A DNA stretch of 64,000 bases, taken from the IMG/VR virus record IMGVR_UViG_3300027762_000008, positions 6,792 to 70,791 of that record, one strand, 5' to 3'. Of this stretch, positions 37,501 to 47,900 are shown piece by piece. A model generated the notes under the pieces. The model made no database searches and was not told the DNA's origin. It saw nothing but the letters and a program-made list of their open reading frames with translations. The position numbers were made by a program, and so were the translations under genes. Numbering within the stretch: position 1 is the first letter of the stretch; every line of letters begins with the position of its first letter. This DNA is from a virus.

Positions 37501-38095
37501 GGTTCCGGCAATGCCGGTTCCAGAAGAAAAGAAGCCGGGAGAAAAAGGCACCGTGGTGGGAGCTCCCACCTTTATCACTCAGCCTCAAGGAAAGGATCCT
37601 TCGTTTATCACTCAGCCTCAAGGAAAGGATCCTTCGTTTATCACTCAGCCTCAAGGAAAGGATCCTTCGTTTATCACTCAGCCTCAGGGCGTAGGTCCGT
37701 CTTTCATCACCCAGCCCCAGTACGGTACGGTTGGGGCTACCCCCACTGCGCAACCTACTTCCAAAGCTCTTCCGAAAAACGTTCAAACAAGTATTGGAAA
37801 AGTATATGGGGCACTCGGAATAGGTCAAGGAATGCTTGCGGCAAGTACCTTTTACCAGCAGAATGGGCGCTGGCCTACTGAGGCGGAGCTTAAGACTTTG
37901 AAAAATCCCCCCAAGAAGGGTACTCGTGCGGCTCCCCCAGTTGAGGTGGATGCTCAGCCCAAGAAAGAATCAAAGAAAAAGACCCCCAAAAAGAAGACTT
38001 CTACCCCCACTCAAAAACCCTCAAATGTAACTCAACCTTCCGGAGTGTCCTCCGGGCCACAGGGGTCTGGTGGCGGCGCAGGATATAGGAGATAG
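34556..38095 (+). CDS. putative internal virion/ejection protein
   Basis: Start MGLRTP (ATG 34556); helical Q/E-rich body, disordered C-terminus; position after tail genes. Confidence 0.7.
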   Translation: MGLRTPSAWLPQDTRTQMAQGNISGLTPKQEDMSFARSPLASQQQNEVKPKEEKGTTAGERAQTEQEGRQEQQTQTSQQARQQQQASPVSMAVENVASKLSNFSYTLRGYVNQFLQGGASAVGLGQAKEQYKYDPDSKKYVLSISEQQADIEPVLQEKMRQQEKLKQSLSPFAQQVGEKLVGKQFGQVLEEQFGEDPQISSLLQTVTALQDLEARGLSGSPEAKALEAQIREQDQFGMVSSLREAMQSYNKLMGVDPAGEETKWYGDQADTGYSALDIAQLSSDTLRTEIEKAREFSSGLFGGDFEENLKKKYDTESAEGQAAARRKEAVHSELMSGFQSYMDEAAGGFQSARDTIDTAFKGAAEAVKAELALDDSAGGVAAMKWFESFQEGGDFTSILYNAMNDPNSGLGVEQRQAIADYIGKAGSGSKEGQLYTWINSLGTTGKIPINIQGEDGFEKTQFVEPSVEDKLQINALMKDKTLSPEEKTEKMHELIRGIGVDTATSIGSTIDTAMETANRTGSLAAGVVALNRGIVESLKTFAQSKTEDFVRQSLQIDDKTWNALDADAKSSLISRTLTNMTPEQKEQLVSIFHEKQNQEITKKDTYINQWRSSLKGRLAEIDGDPEKGIPGVLANVQQQIDDLGAQKNGIYTKFASKVQDVLRRDVSRFNAIFQQVGNNPWIQANVPGPERAKLAELIEWQEKLSRLNSMDPLLVSRLTGGAYSQIDPVDLAVSGAKSKDFTAMNRLYDAYTKSVNAPGTLDKMPSVITDHINNLYSQYKSDPNGIPPGMLTVMNVLGEYENTDGVLRQNLQQVQEARDKITNPETGYLAQVDELSKSADFPSFTPDQILGFSMGVAKGVETGVDWITGDKQPPSIKDIDWGKLGGEIEDIITNWAGYGPDAIKDALADKLGFPADSISLKGGVPHIQMSNGEYIPFSDALITKLSSATTENLTPMVAALPGEYAGPDIAARGDMLTGAMAKVPAMPVPEEKKPGEKGTVVGAPTFITQPQGKDPSFITQPQGKDPSFITQPQGKDPSFITQPQGVGPSFITQPQYGTVGATPTAQPTSKALPKNVQTSIGKVYGALGIGQGMLAASTFYQQNGRWPTEAELKTLKNPPKKGTRAAPPVEVDAQPKKESKKKTPKKKTSTPTQKPSNVTQPSGVSSGPQGSGGGAGYRR
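37571..37720 (+). repeat. 33-bp coding tandem repeat (FITQPQGKDPS)
   Basis: TTTATCACTCAGCCTCAAGGAAAGGATCCTTCG, three exact copies from 37571, then one diverged copy and one partial copy. Confidence 0.95.
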
Positions 38096-38096
38096 C

Positions 38097-38831
38097 ATGC
38101 CCGCATTTACTCAAGACGTCTTCGACGCCACAAAAGAAAAGCCCATTACTGGGGAGTACGAAAAGTACAACGAACTTTTGCAGAAGCGAGCGAAGGCAGC
38201 GCAAGAACAGTACGGTGGCTGGGGCACATACAAAGCTACCCCGCAGATGTCTGACGTCGATAGGCTCAGAGCCGAAAGGGAATACAAGGGCACAGAATAC
38301 GGACGTCGGCAACAAGCAGCTCAACAGAAGTTCGGACTGGCTCAGTCCATTGAGACATCTCGAGGAGGCATTGCCGACCGTGTCCGTGCTGCGCTCACCG
38401 GAAGAGAAGGACTCAAGCAGGACGTATGGGATCAGCAGAAGCGGATGGAACAGGAGTCTGGACTGGCTCAGCAGGAACAGGCCCTCCAGTTCCGCACCCA
38501 AATGGGCAAGATGAACTTCGCCTCGTTCCAGACAGCGGCTGAGAGAATCGACGCTATGCAACAGGCTTACGCTAAGGGCACTCTCAACTTCCAGATGCTG
38601 GACGCCGCACGAAACAATATGCTCACTATGGTAGACATCGACAAGTACTTTGCCATCCTGAAAAACAATTTCGCAAACGCTTTGGAAGACCTTAAAACAG
38701 AGGGCCAAGTCAAGCTAGATGCGGCTAAGTCGTTGTTCGAAGCAGATAGCAGAAATACCGGAAGCATCATCAGTGGACTGTTTGACATTGCTTCGGTTGC
38801 TATGAAATCGTATGCCAGTAAGGGGTCTTAA
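38097..38831 (+). CDS. putative ejection (pilot-type) protein
   Basis: Start MPAFTQ (AGGAG RBS); Q/A-rich coiled coil with a C-terminal Gly-containing hydrophobic segment. Confidence 0.65.
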   Translation: MPAFTQDVFDATKEKPITGEYEKYNELLQKRAKAAQEQYGGWGTYKATPQMSDVDRLRAEREYKGTEYGRRQQAAQQKFGLAQSIETSRGGIADRVRAALTGREGLKQDVWDQQKRMEQESGLAQQEQALQFRTQMGKMNFASFQTAAERIDAMQQAYAKGTLNFQMLDAARNNMLTMVDIDKYFAILKNNFANALEDLKTEGQVKLDAAKSLFEADSRNTGSIISGLFDIASVAMKSYASKGS

Positions 38832-38833
38832 TT

Positions 38834-39223
38834 ATGAACCGACTAGCTCTTTTGTTGAACAAAATGCGTGATGCCAATTGGGTTACCCGTCCGTCGGAAG
38901 ACGCAGAAGGGCAAGAATCCGTTGGGCCGCAAACGGACATCGTGAAATCAGAGGTTTCGCCTGGGGGTATGGGTGCCGAAGCGACGGGACAGTCTCCTCA
39001 ACCTACCAAACCTATCAATCCCCAGGCTCTTACTTCAGTGGCTGACACCATTCAGGCGTCAGAACCGGAACAGTCTTACACTGCTCCGAAGATTGGGGAA
39101 ACCCCTATGTCCAAGAAAAGAGACAAACTGGCGACTATGGGAAAACTCCAGACAATGAAGTATCCTGAACTGGCTCCGAAGAAGACACTGGCAGGAGGGG
39201 GATATGGCTCTGGAATTTTCTGA
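38834..39223 (+). CDS. low-complexity hypothetical protein
   Basis: 129-aa ORF packed in the operon. Confidence 0.6.
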   Translation: MNRLALLLNKMRDANWVTRPSEDAEGQESVGPQTDIVKSEVSPGGMGAEATGQSPQPTKPINPQALTSVADTIQASEPEQSYTAPKIGETPMSKKRDKLATMGKLQTMKYPELAPKKTLAGGGYGSGIF

Positions 39224-40049
39224 TTTCGATCTTCCCCCGGAAGAGCGGGTCAAGCTCCGAGAAAAAGCATACGAATCCTTTGCCAATATCGCACAACCTG
39301 CGTATCAGGAGCAGATAGCCCGGGAGCGGGGACAGCTGGCAGAGGACGTATATCGTCAAGCGGCTCAGGCTGCGGCACAGGGACAGCAAGCTAAAATCGG
39401 CGGACTTCTCGGACAGGTGGCACAGACCACGGCGTCCATGCTTCCTGGGCAGCAGCAGAAAGCCGACGAGATGGCGATGCAGGGAGCGCAGATGAAGGAG
39501 GATATTACCACCTCCCGTCAGACTGCCGCCATCAATCGCTACGTGCAGAACACGGAAGACATGAAGACCAACACGGCTCGACAGCTTGCGAACCAAGCCT
39601 TTCAGATGGGCATGGACTCCAAGCGGTTGGCGTTGGCACAGAATGCATACCTTGCCGACGAAGGCCTTCGACGCATGTACGATGACCTTCAGGCGGGAAG
39701 AGCAACTCAATACGAGGTGCAAGCTCTCACCAATAAACTTCAGCTCGAGGCAGAGAAGGCTAATTATGCCCTCAAGCAAGAAGAGGCCAAACTGCGTGGA
39801 GAGATTGATACTCTGTTGGGTCAGATGAATCTCGATGCTGCCAAGGTTCGTTACGAAAAACTGTTGTCTCTTCAGAAAGACGCTCTACAGAAACAGGCAA
39901 AAGCCAATGCCACTGGATCTATTTTGGCTGGAGTATTCCAGATAGCAGCAACAGCAGTAGGCACGTATTTCGGAGGTCCGGCTGGCGGTGCTGCGGCGAA
40001 TGTGGCAGCTAAAGCAGTTACAGATAAAGCGCAGGAAGGGAACCAATAA
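39204..40049 (+). CDS. putative ejection protein with glycine-zipper C-terminus
   Basis: Q/A-rich coiled coil; GSILAGVFQIAATAVGTYFGGPAGGAAA. Confidence 0.7.
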   Translation: MALEFSDFDLPPEERVKLREKAYESFANIAQPAYQEQIARERGQLAEDVYRQAAQAAAQGQQAKIGGLLGQVAQTTASMLPGQQQKADEMAMQGAQMKEDITTSRQTAAINRYVQNTEDMKTNTARQLANQAFQMGMDSKRLALAQNAYLADEGLRRMYDDLQAGRATQYEVQALTNKLQLEAEKANYALKQEEAKLRGEIDTLLGQMNLDAAKVRYEKLLSLQKDALQKQAKANATGSILAGVFQIAATAVGTYFGGPAGGAAANVAAKAVTDKAQEGNQ

Positions 40050-41968
40050 TGGCTGAAGGACAACCCAACATCTATGACGAAGTCATCGGCAGACTCACCG
40101 GCACCGGGTCCACTTACGGGTATACCCCGGCAGCGCGGGAAATGGACATGCGGTTACTGGAGGCCCGTCTGAAAGACCCCAATGTTCCGCTTGCTGAGAA
40201 AGCCCAGCTCCGAGCCATTTTAGGATCTGCTAAAAGAGAGTTAGAGGCAGGGAAAATGGCGGCTCCTCCCCCGGGTGCGCCTACTCCCAAGCCTCCTCCG
40301 GCCACTCCTGCTCCCACCCCAAAGCCAGCGAGTACGATTCCTCCGGAGTTTGCTCCTCCTCCAGCTATCCCTGCACCAAAGCCAGCTCCTGCGGCCAGGG
40401 TACGCCAAGCATTGGCTCCTAAACCGACCCCTAAACCGACGCCAATTCCGGCTCCAGAGGAAGAAGTTGCCAAGGCTCCGGCTATTCCGGATCAGATGCC
40501 TCCAGACCCTTTTGAGAAACTTAAAAAACAGGAAGCCCCCGCCGAAAAAGGGACGTGGGTATCCGATCTCAAAGGAAAGTTGGGTGCGACGATACCTTCT
40601 ATGGAAGGCTCCGCTCCTGCAGCTCCTGCGGCTGTTCCTACTGCGACTCCTCCCCCTCAAGATGATTTCTTGGGGAATTTCCTCGGTAGGATGAAGGGTG
40701 AAACCCTTTACCCGAGTCTCAAGCCCGGGCCCAACGGATCGTTCTATGCCAGCGAGCCGAAGTACGGAGCAAAGCAGGAAAAGAAGACCACCGAATCCGA
40801 ATTCGTGTCTCCCCCCAAGCTGCAGAGCAGCGTCGAGGGCTCGATGTCCGCCCAGGAAACGGCGGCAGAGAACTACCGCAAAGCCATCGCTGCTTACTAC
40901 GGCACCGAAGGAGAGCCCGGAAAGGAATCTCCTTACGCTTCCGACCTCGCCGCCAAGGAGAAATCCCGCAAGGAGGCTTACGACCAATTCCTGTCCCGCA
41001 TGGACGGGGCGCAGAAAGCGGAGATGTGGGACAAAATCATCGGGGCTCTGGGCAAGATCACCGCAGGTACTGTGGGGCTCAAAGGACTCAGCGGAGTTCC
41101 TGGGCTCCCCAAGATTCCTGCTGGGCTGAACGTCGCCGGAGCGTACCAGTACACTCCGTCGGTCGACCGTGGGCAGCTCGAGGCGTCCGCTGCCAAGTTG
41201 CGTGAGGCGCAGGAAGGCCGGGCGGATGAGGTATTCCAGATGGCGAAGAGCAAGCGACTGGAACCCCAGCAAGCGGCGTTCTTGGCTTCGCTCCCGCCCG
41301 AGCAGCAGATGAAGTTCTGGGACATGTACGGCAAGTATGCCGGAGGAAAGACTCGTGCCACGGAAACAGGTACCGGAGAAGAGTTCGGAGTGGGCGGAAG
41401 AGTTATCACGCCTTCTCAGTACTATCCTAGTGCCAAGTCGAGCAAGAAAGAGGGCGAGGACGTAAAATTCATTCAGGGGAAGATAGACGAGGATAAATTC
41501 CAAACTGATGTGAATGCTATCCGCACAAATCACACTAAAGTGTCTACCAACTTTCCGCCAAATGCTGCTGGATTGAATGATGCTCAGTATATCAAACAAA
41601 GAAGTGGGCTAGGGGCGGATGCAAAGCAGCCCAGCGTACTTCCAAGACAATTCATAGAAGGCTTGCTTAAGCACTACAAGGCCACGGCTAAGACTCCTGC
41701 AGATGCTTATAGGGCTACAGATGAAGCAATTCTTAGGATATTGACTGTCACTAATATGAGCCCTGAATCAGAAGAATATGATGCTTGGTATGGAGCGGTA
41801 GAAGCAGAAGAAAAGAAAGCTGGAGGGGTCCAGAGCGGGTTACGGGGATTGGTTCCGACTCATCGTGAGCAACACGGAGGTCGATTCGTTCCTCAGTTCG
41901 ATCCAAACTCCAATCCCAATAGCTGGAGAAACCAAAACAAAAACAGCAAACAGCCGCAGACCAAATAG
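40049..41968 (+). CDS. putative internal virion protein, Pro-rich
   Basis: 639 aa; long P/A-rich N-terminal region. Confidence 0.65.
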   Translation: MAEGQPNIYDEVIGRLTGTGSTYGYTPAAREMDMRLLEARLKDPNVPLAEKAQLRAILGSAKRELEAGKMAAPPPGAPTPKPPPATPAPTPKPASTIPPEFAPPPAIPAPKPAPAARVRQALAPKPTPKPTPIPAPEEEVAKAPAIPDQMPPDPFEKLKKQEAPAEKGTWVSDLKGKLGATIPSMEGSAPAAPAAVPTATPPPQDDFLGNFLGRMKGETLYPSLKPGPNGSFYASEPKYGAKQEKKTTESEFVSPPKLQSSVEGSMSAQETAAENYRKAIAAYYGTEGEPGKESPYASDLAAKEKSRKEAYDQFLSRMDGAQKAEMWDKIIGALGKITAGTVGLKGLSGVPGLPKIPAGLNVAGAYQYTPSVDRGQLEASAAKLREAQEGRADEVFQMAKSKRLEPQQAAFLASLPPEQQMKFWDMYGKYAGGKTRATETGTGEEFGVGGRVITPSQYYPSAKSSKKEGEDVKFIQGKIDEDKFQTDVNAIRTNHTKVSTNFPPNAAGLNDAQYIKQRSGLGADAKQPSVLPRQFIEGLLKHYKATAKTPADAYRATDEAILRILTVTNMSPESEEYDAWYGAVEAEEKKAGGVQSGLRGLVPTHREQHGGRFVPQFDPNSNPNSWRNQNKNSKQPQTK

Positions 41969-41977
41969 GATCCCACA

Positions 41978-44900
41978 ATGGCAGATTATCTGGACGAAGA
42001 AAAGCCGATTGGGTACCAGTATCCGGAAGAACTTGAATCCGCTATTGGGCCTATCACGCCGATTGAAACGAAAGAAGAACGAGAAGCACGGCTCGCAGCC
42101 AAGCGAAGCCAGACAGCGCATTTCGTTCCCATCTCTCCTGAGTCTGCCACCAAGATTAAACAGTACTGGGACGAAAAAGGAGGGGATGGATATTTCAATC
42201 GTCCCACCACCTATCTCGAAGAGAAATTCCAAGGGCTGGTTGGGAAGATGTTCAACAAGGACTATGCTCCTCCAGTAATCCCCAAGAAACTTGATGAGTG
42301 GATGGACACCTCGGGGGATACTCCTCGGGTGGACTATCAGGCTTTACGGCTTGTCGGAATTCCTCCAGAGATTAAGCACGGTGCAATGGCGGACGTAGCG
42401 CAGAACGTCTACGGCGTGGCGAAGAAAATTGCGCTGTCCGGAAATGACATCAAAGAGAAGCCTGACGACACCTTTCCTATTCGCCTGGGCAAAACTTTGA
42501 CTCAGACAGTGGATCAATTCGCAGGGGTTTTCGGTTCGTCGGTGTATGAGCACCTAAAATCCGGTGGGCGGTTTGACGATATTTACCTTCCTTCGGTTCT
42601 CGATGACGAAGAGCGCACAGAGATTCAGAATGCCTTGAGTGCAGGAAAACCTGGAGCCATCCTTCGGGGAGGTATCACGGTTTCGCTGCGCCCGTTCCAA
42701 GGAGCCCAGCAAGCCAACATCTCTGACGTCTACGATCATGTGGCGAAGGAGAAAATCAAATTCGTCTGGGATCAAATCAACGACGCCACGGACACGGCTC
42801 TCACCAAAGACGCAGCTCTTGTTGCCAACTTCATTCCCGTACTCGGGTACTTGAAGTGGCTCGGTAAAGCCGGTGAAGCTTCGAAAGCAGTTAAAGCAGT
42901 CTCGGCGGTGGCCAACCCGCTCACTGCCGCCACCCAAGCTCTGAAGGGCGGAAAGTCTTTGGGACTTCCAGCTCTCGTGGGACTTAGTGCAGCTGAAGCC
43001 GCATTGATGCAGCGTCGGCACCTATCAGAGTCTGCTCAGCAGGAAGAGCTGGCTGGGCGAGGACTCTCTGCGGTATTTGGGGGAGGACTCACCGGAGCCT
43101 TGGGTGCGGTAGGTGTCGCCCTCAACAAAGGCAGCAAAGCAATCGCAGCTCGCCGAGCCGAGACACAGAACCGGGCAGCTCAAGAAGTCGGAAAGCTGGT
43201 GGCCGAACTCCCTCCAGAGCAGGTACACAATATCGCCATGGGTCTGGAGGATTTCCCAGAGCCAAAGGTGGACTTCCCGGCGCAGCAGAAGGCTGAAGGA
43301 TTTGCCGTTCCTGCAAGACCCGTGGTTCCGGTGGCCGCTGATCCGCAGTATGTGAAAGAAGTCAAAGCCGGGCTTATCGTCCATGCTTTAGATAAGGAAA
43401 AGCAACTCTCGGCTGACCCTCGAATCATTCAGCAAGTATTCACCAGTCTCCCACATAATAAGAAGCTGCAGGATCTTGCCACCATACGTCGGCAGCAAGC
43501 ATACGGTGAAAATCCACAGCAAGCCAAGATGCGGCTGGCTCTTCTCAACGTCCTGAACCAAACCGAAGACAGTGTGGCAGAGGGACAGACGCTGATTAAA
43601 AAGGCGATGGATAAGCAACTGGAGCTTCCTCCGGCACATCAAGAAAGCATTCAGTCCAATGTGAATGATCTCGATGCCATCTCCGACCTTCTCGATGACA
43701 ATACGTTCGCCAAGATCACTGCAGGAACCGACCAAGAATTCTTGGCTGCGGTCAGAGCTGTGGCTCCGAACAGAGCCAAAGCGGTTGAGTTGCAGTTGGG
43801 ACGCATTTCCGATGCTGACCTGATGCAGCGAGAGTTCGTGGACATCTTCCGGGCTCTTCCTCCCGACAAGGTTACAGACGTAGCAGCTCCCAGGAACTCT
43901 GTCTCCCATCGCTTCTTGGATTCGATACATAACTGGTGGGATAAACGGGTGAAATCCCAAGAAGACATCGATGCTGTGCTGGACAAATCCAACAAGCTCG
44001 GCATCTCCGTGGAAAACCAGAAAGTCTCCTCGGTTCAGCAGCTCGATTCCGTCATCACCAAGATACAGAAGCAGACTCCAGTGACCGGAGAAGGTGCCGA
44101 CATCGGCCACTCCACCATGCTTGATTCTCTTGCTTCTCTCCGGGACGATATGGAAGCTGCCGCCCGGAACGGAACCACCATCGACCCGCTCCACTCCACC
44201 ATCCTCGCCAAGGATGCCAAAAACTTCATGGACGCCGGCGAGCTCGAGGCGATTCAGACGAACATTACCAAGTTCAACGAGCTGCAGGAGCAGCGGCTGC
44301 TGGTACATGACCAAGCGGCACAGATTCTTGTGGACAAGGTTTACATGAATCGAATGAAGATGGGACAGAAGAAGGATAAGATTTCGACAACGGACGTAAT
44401 CCTGCAGCGGCTTACGTCAGGAAAATCCGCAGACGAAATCTACGAAGGTCTGAACCAATACTTCACCAAGTATGCCCGGGATATGAAGATCGATCCGGCG
44501 AACCTTCGTGACGTCACGGGAGACTTCAAAATCGTTGCCGACTCCATGGCAGGAGGAAGCTCCATTCCCGATGCCGTGATCAATCGCTTCATCGTCAATT
44601 CCGGCAGGTTCATTGAATCCGTCCGTCCTTCCAGCTCGGGTCGCTTGCGCCGATTCGGAAGAGCTCTGGAGCAATACAACCGTGAGGCTCACTGGCTCGA
44701 CACCGTATCCGACATGATTGAGTTGGGATATGACGACCCGGTAAAATTTGCAGCGCAAATTGTCCCCCGCCTCGGCCACATCGCAGAACATGCCAGGAGC
44801 TCAAGTCTGCTCCGCAGGTTCGAGCTGCTTAAGGCTGCAGGGCACGATATTTACATGAAGGCCATGCGGGAAATCGATCTCCCCGAAACCGCAAAGAGCC

Positions 44901-47900
44901 AGATGTACGAAGCCCAGGCTGGTGGACTCACTGCCAAACTCAGGCTGGCGATGAATCCCAACTTTGTATTCCGCACGGAATCCCACATCCAGAACGTCTT
45001 CAAGGCGACGAAGGAATGGGACATAGCTCTGTTCAAGGCCATGAACGATGCGTTGGCGGAAGCGGGGATTACTCCGAACAAAGAATTCCTCCTTGGTCAC
45101 TTCCTCACACCTCACAACAATTTCGATAAGAGCGGATACCTGCTGAAACTTGGCATCGACGCTATCGGAGCAGAGAAGTGGGCGAAGATATGGAACCGGA
45201 GAAAGAATTTCTCCAATAGTAAATTCAGTGCCATTGCCAATTTCGTGTCCAATACGGAATACATAATGGGCACGTTGAATGAAGAGCTCGGACGTGGACT
45301 GCTCCACGAGGAGCAAGCCTTCGCCGGAGGAATCAAGACCGCAACAGAGTCCATTTCCAACAATTTCAAAGTGGAATTCTCACTGCTGCTACAAAAGCTC
45401 ACCAGAGAATGGGCGGAACCTGAATTCAAATATGGATTCAATAAGCTGCAGGGCTCAAAGGGAATCTTGGCGGTTAACGGATTCTTCTACGGGTTCGATA
45501 ACAACACCAGAAAGATGATCAACACCCCACTTGGGGAGTGGCATCGTCACGCCTTCATTAGAAACAATGCGTACACAGCCCAGCAGATTCAGCGTGGAGA
45601 CAAAGTCGGCTTCATTAGGGACACTCAGAAGTTCCTGCGAAACTTCAAGGAGTACATGGACGACGATGCTCTTCGCAAGCAGACCGCCAGTGCATTGTGG
45701 GATTACTTCTACGATGCTGGTGGAGGACCAAATAATCGAACGGTTATGTTGGATGCCCAAGCCTGGAAGAGCATCTGGGAATATATCCAATTTCAATCGG
45801 TCACACTAAACAAAGCATATACTCTGGCGGCAGAGGCGGTGGCCAACAACAATGAAAAGATGAAAAGCCTCGGGTACAACATCGCCATGCCCGACTGGAG
45901 GCAGTACTACGTGTACGAGCCCTCCAAGAACCGCTATGACTTGCACGAGTTCACCGACCGGCTGTTCCGGGATATGGACACCACCCGGTGGTTCGGCTCC
46001 TCCATGCGAGGACAGCTCGAGAAGGCGGAAAGAATAGTTCTCGACGGTCCTTCGTATGAGAACCTCGCTCACCCGGCTCAGATTATCTACGACTACGTCC
46101 ACCACAATCTCATGTCCGCTCACACTATTCACTCAAGGACTCACCTTGAGAATTTCGGAATGCTTATCCGGGATCAGGGGTACATAAATCTCTCTGATTG
46201 GGTGATGGATTTGGCTCAAAATAAGCTCCGAGGATCTGGCAAAAATGAGATGTTCGACGGAAGGACGATAGCAGAGCAGTTGGAAAACTGGCTCGTTACC
46301 AAGAGGTTGACTCGAGCGGTAACTCTTCTTGCCCAACCAGCGGCGGTGGTGTTGGGAGTTACTAGAATAGCCAACGCTCTTAACTCTCCTAAAAGCATTA
46401 TCAAGAACATCGTCCAAGCCTCACTTGAATCTTGGATAGTCCGTGGTCCTGTCAAAGGCCTGAAGACTTCCATGGGTACCGTATACAACACGGTGAAAAA
46501 CTATTTCTGGCAGCTCAACAGACCTCTGCCGAATAAGCCATTGCCGTTTGAATCCCTTCGCCGTGAAGTGCTCGAGGCGGATGCTCGAGGAGAATTCATT
46601 TCTGGAAGAGACATCTCTCCTGGAACTGCTGAAGCTATTTATACGGCAAAAAGAGGGCTCAGCGATAACTATGACCGAGCCCGGTTGTATTCCGTACAGC
46701 TTATGACATCCACTGTTGGTGAGGTTCCTATTCCTAGAAGAAAGGGTGGTTTGACCCGATTAGCTCTGGGAGCCCGTCTTGCCGAAGATGCAATGGAAGA
46801 CTGGGTGCGCAAGGCAATGAAAGAGCGGGGGGAAACCTCTATCTCCATGGCTCATCTTCAGCTAGGTGGACGTATTCACGACGCAGCTTTGGTTCACCTT
46901 TACCGGGATGGAACCCAAAAAGCGTATGAGTATCTGATGAAAGAGATGCCCTCCATGCGAAAGAACTTGGTGTGGGGCTTCGTGACCGAGATGGAGCGGG
47001 GGTTAAAGCAGGGGAATCCCAATTTCGTCACCCTTGATTTCCTCTACACGTTCCATGCTCTGCAGAACGGTCGGTTCTCTCCGACAGCTGCACCTCAGTT
47101 GGTGCGTTCTCCCTATATCCGCTCGACGCTCCCGCAGCTCTTCATGTTCGCAAACGCCAAGGCTCTGCGTCCATTCCGGTATCTGGATCTCATCCGCAAT
47201 ATCCGGGGCAACGTGTGGGAGAAGTCCACTTCCTTTATGTTCAAGACGAGAGGTATGCCTTCTCAGATGCAGAAGAGAATGTATCTCACTCTGATTCCTG
47301 GGCTGGGCATTCCGACAGCCTTATTCTCATGGCAGTTTGGCTTGGGGTCCATGGTTCCCGAAAGCGTTGCAGATAAGATGAGAGAGAACACGGAGCCTGG
47401 AAGCTTTCTTCGAAGGTGGGTTGAAGGCTCCGGTTATCCTCTCACTGAATGGGGTCCGCTCCCCGGATTCTTTGCTGACACTCGCTCAAAAACTGTTCCG
47501 GTAGGCATGACTGCGGCTTTGCAAAACGTGGCCATGAACTATAAGAAGGTGGGAGAAGCCGTGCAGTCAGCATGGTATCACACTATGCGCTCCTTCGGTG
47601 AAGTGAATGATGCCTGGGAAGACTACCTGCAGGGTGTGCCCGGGGTAAACACAAAGTTGGAGCGTCTTGTCTCCAAGCGCAGAGCCATAATGGAGATAGA
47701 AGACGTCAATGTCCGTGAGGCCGAAGAGGAGAAGATAAATACGGAGATGTTGGAACTGCAAAAGCACTTCGAAGACACCGTTCTTCCCAAAGCTTTGGAC
47801 TACATATTCGCCAACGTACCTGCTTTGGATTTCGTTGACTCCGTTGGAAAGCCGTTGTCCTTCCTGAAAGTGATCAACACTCCGTTCTATCGTGCTCACC

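Noticed and set aside
37571-37720. 33-bp repeat as a CRISPR array
   Set aside because: The units are contiguous with no spacers and lie in frame inside a CDS.
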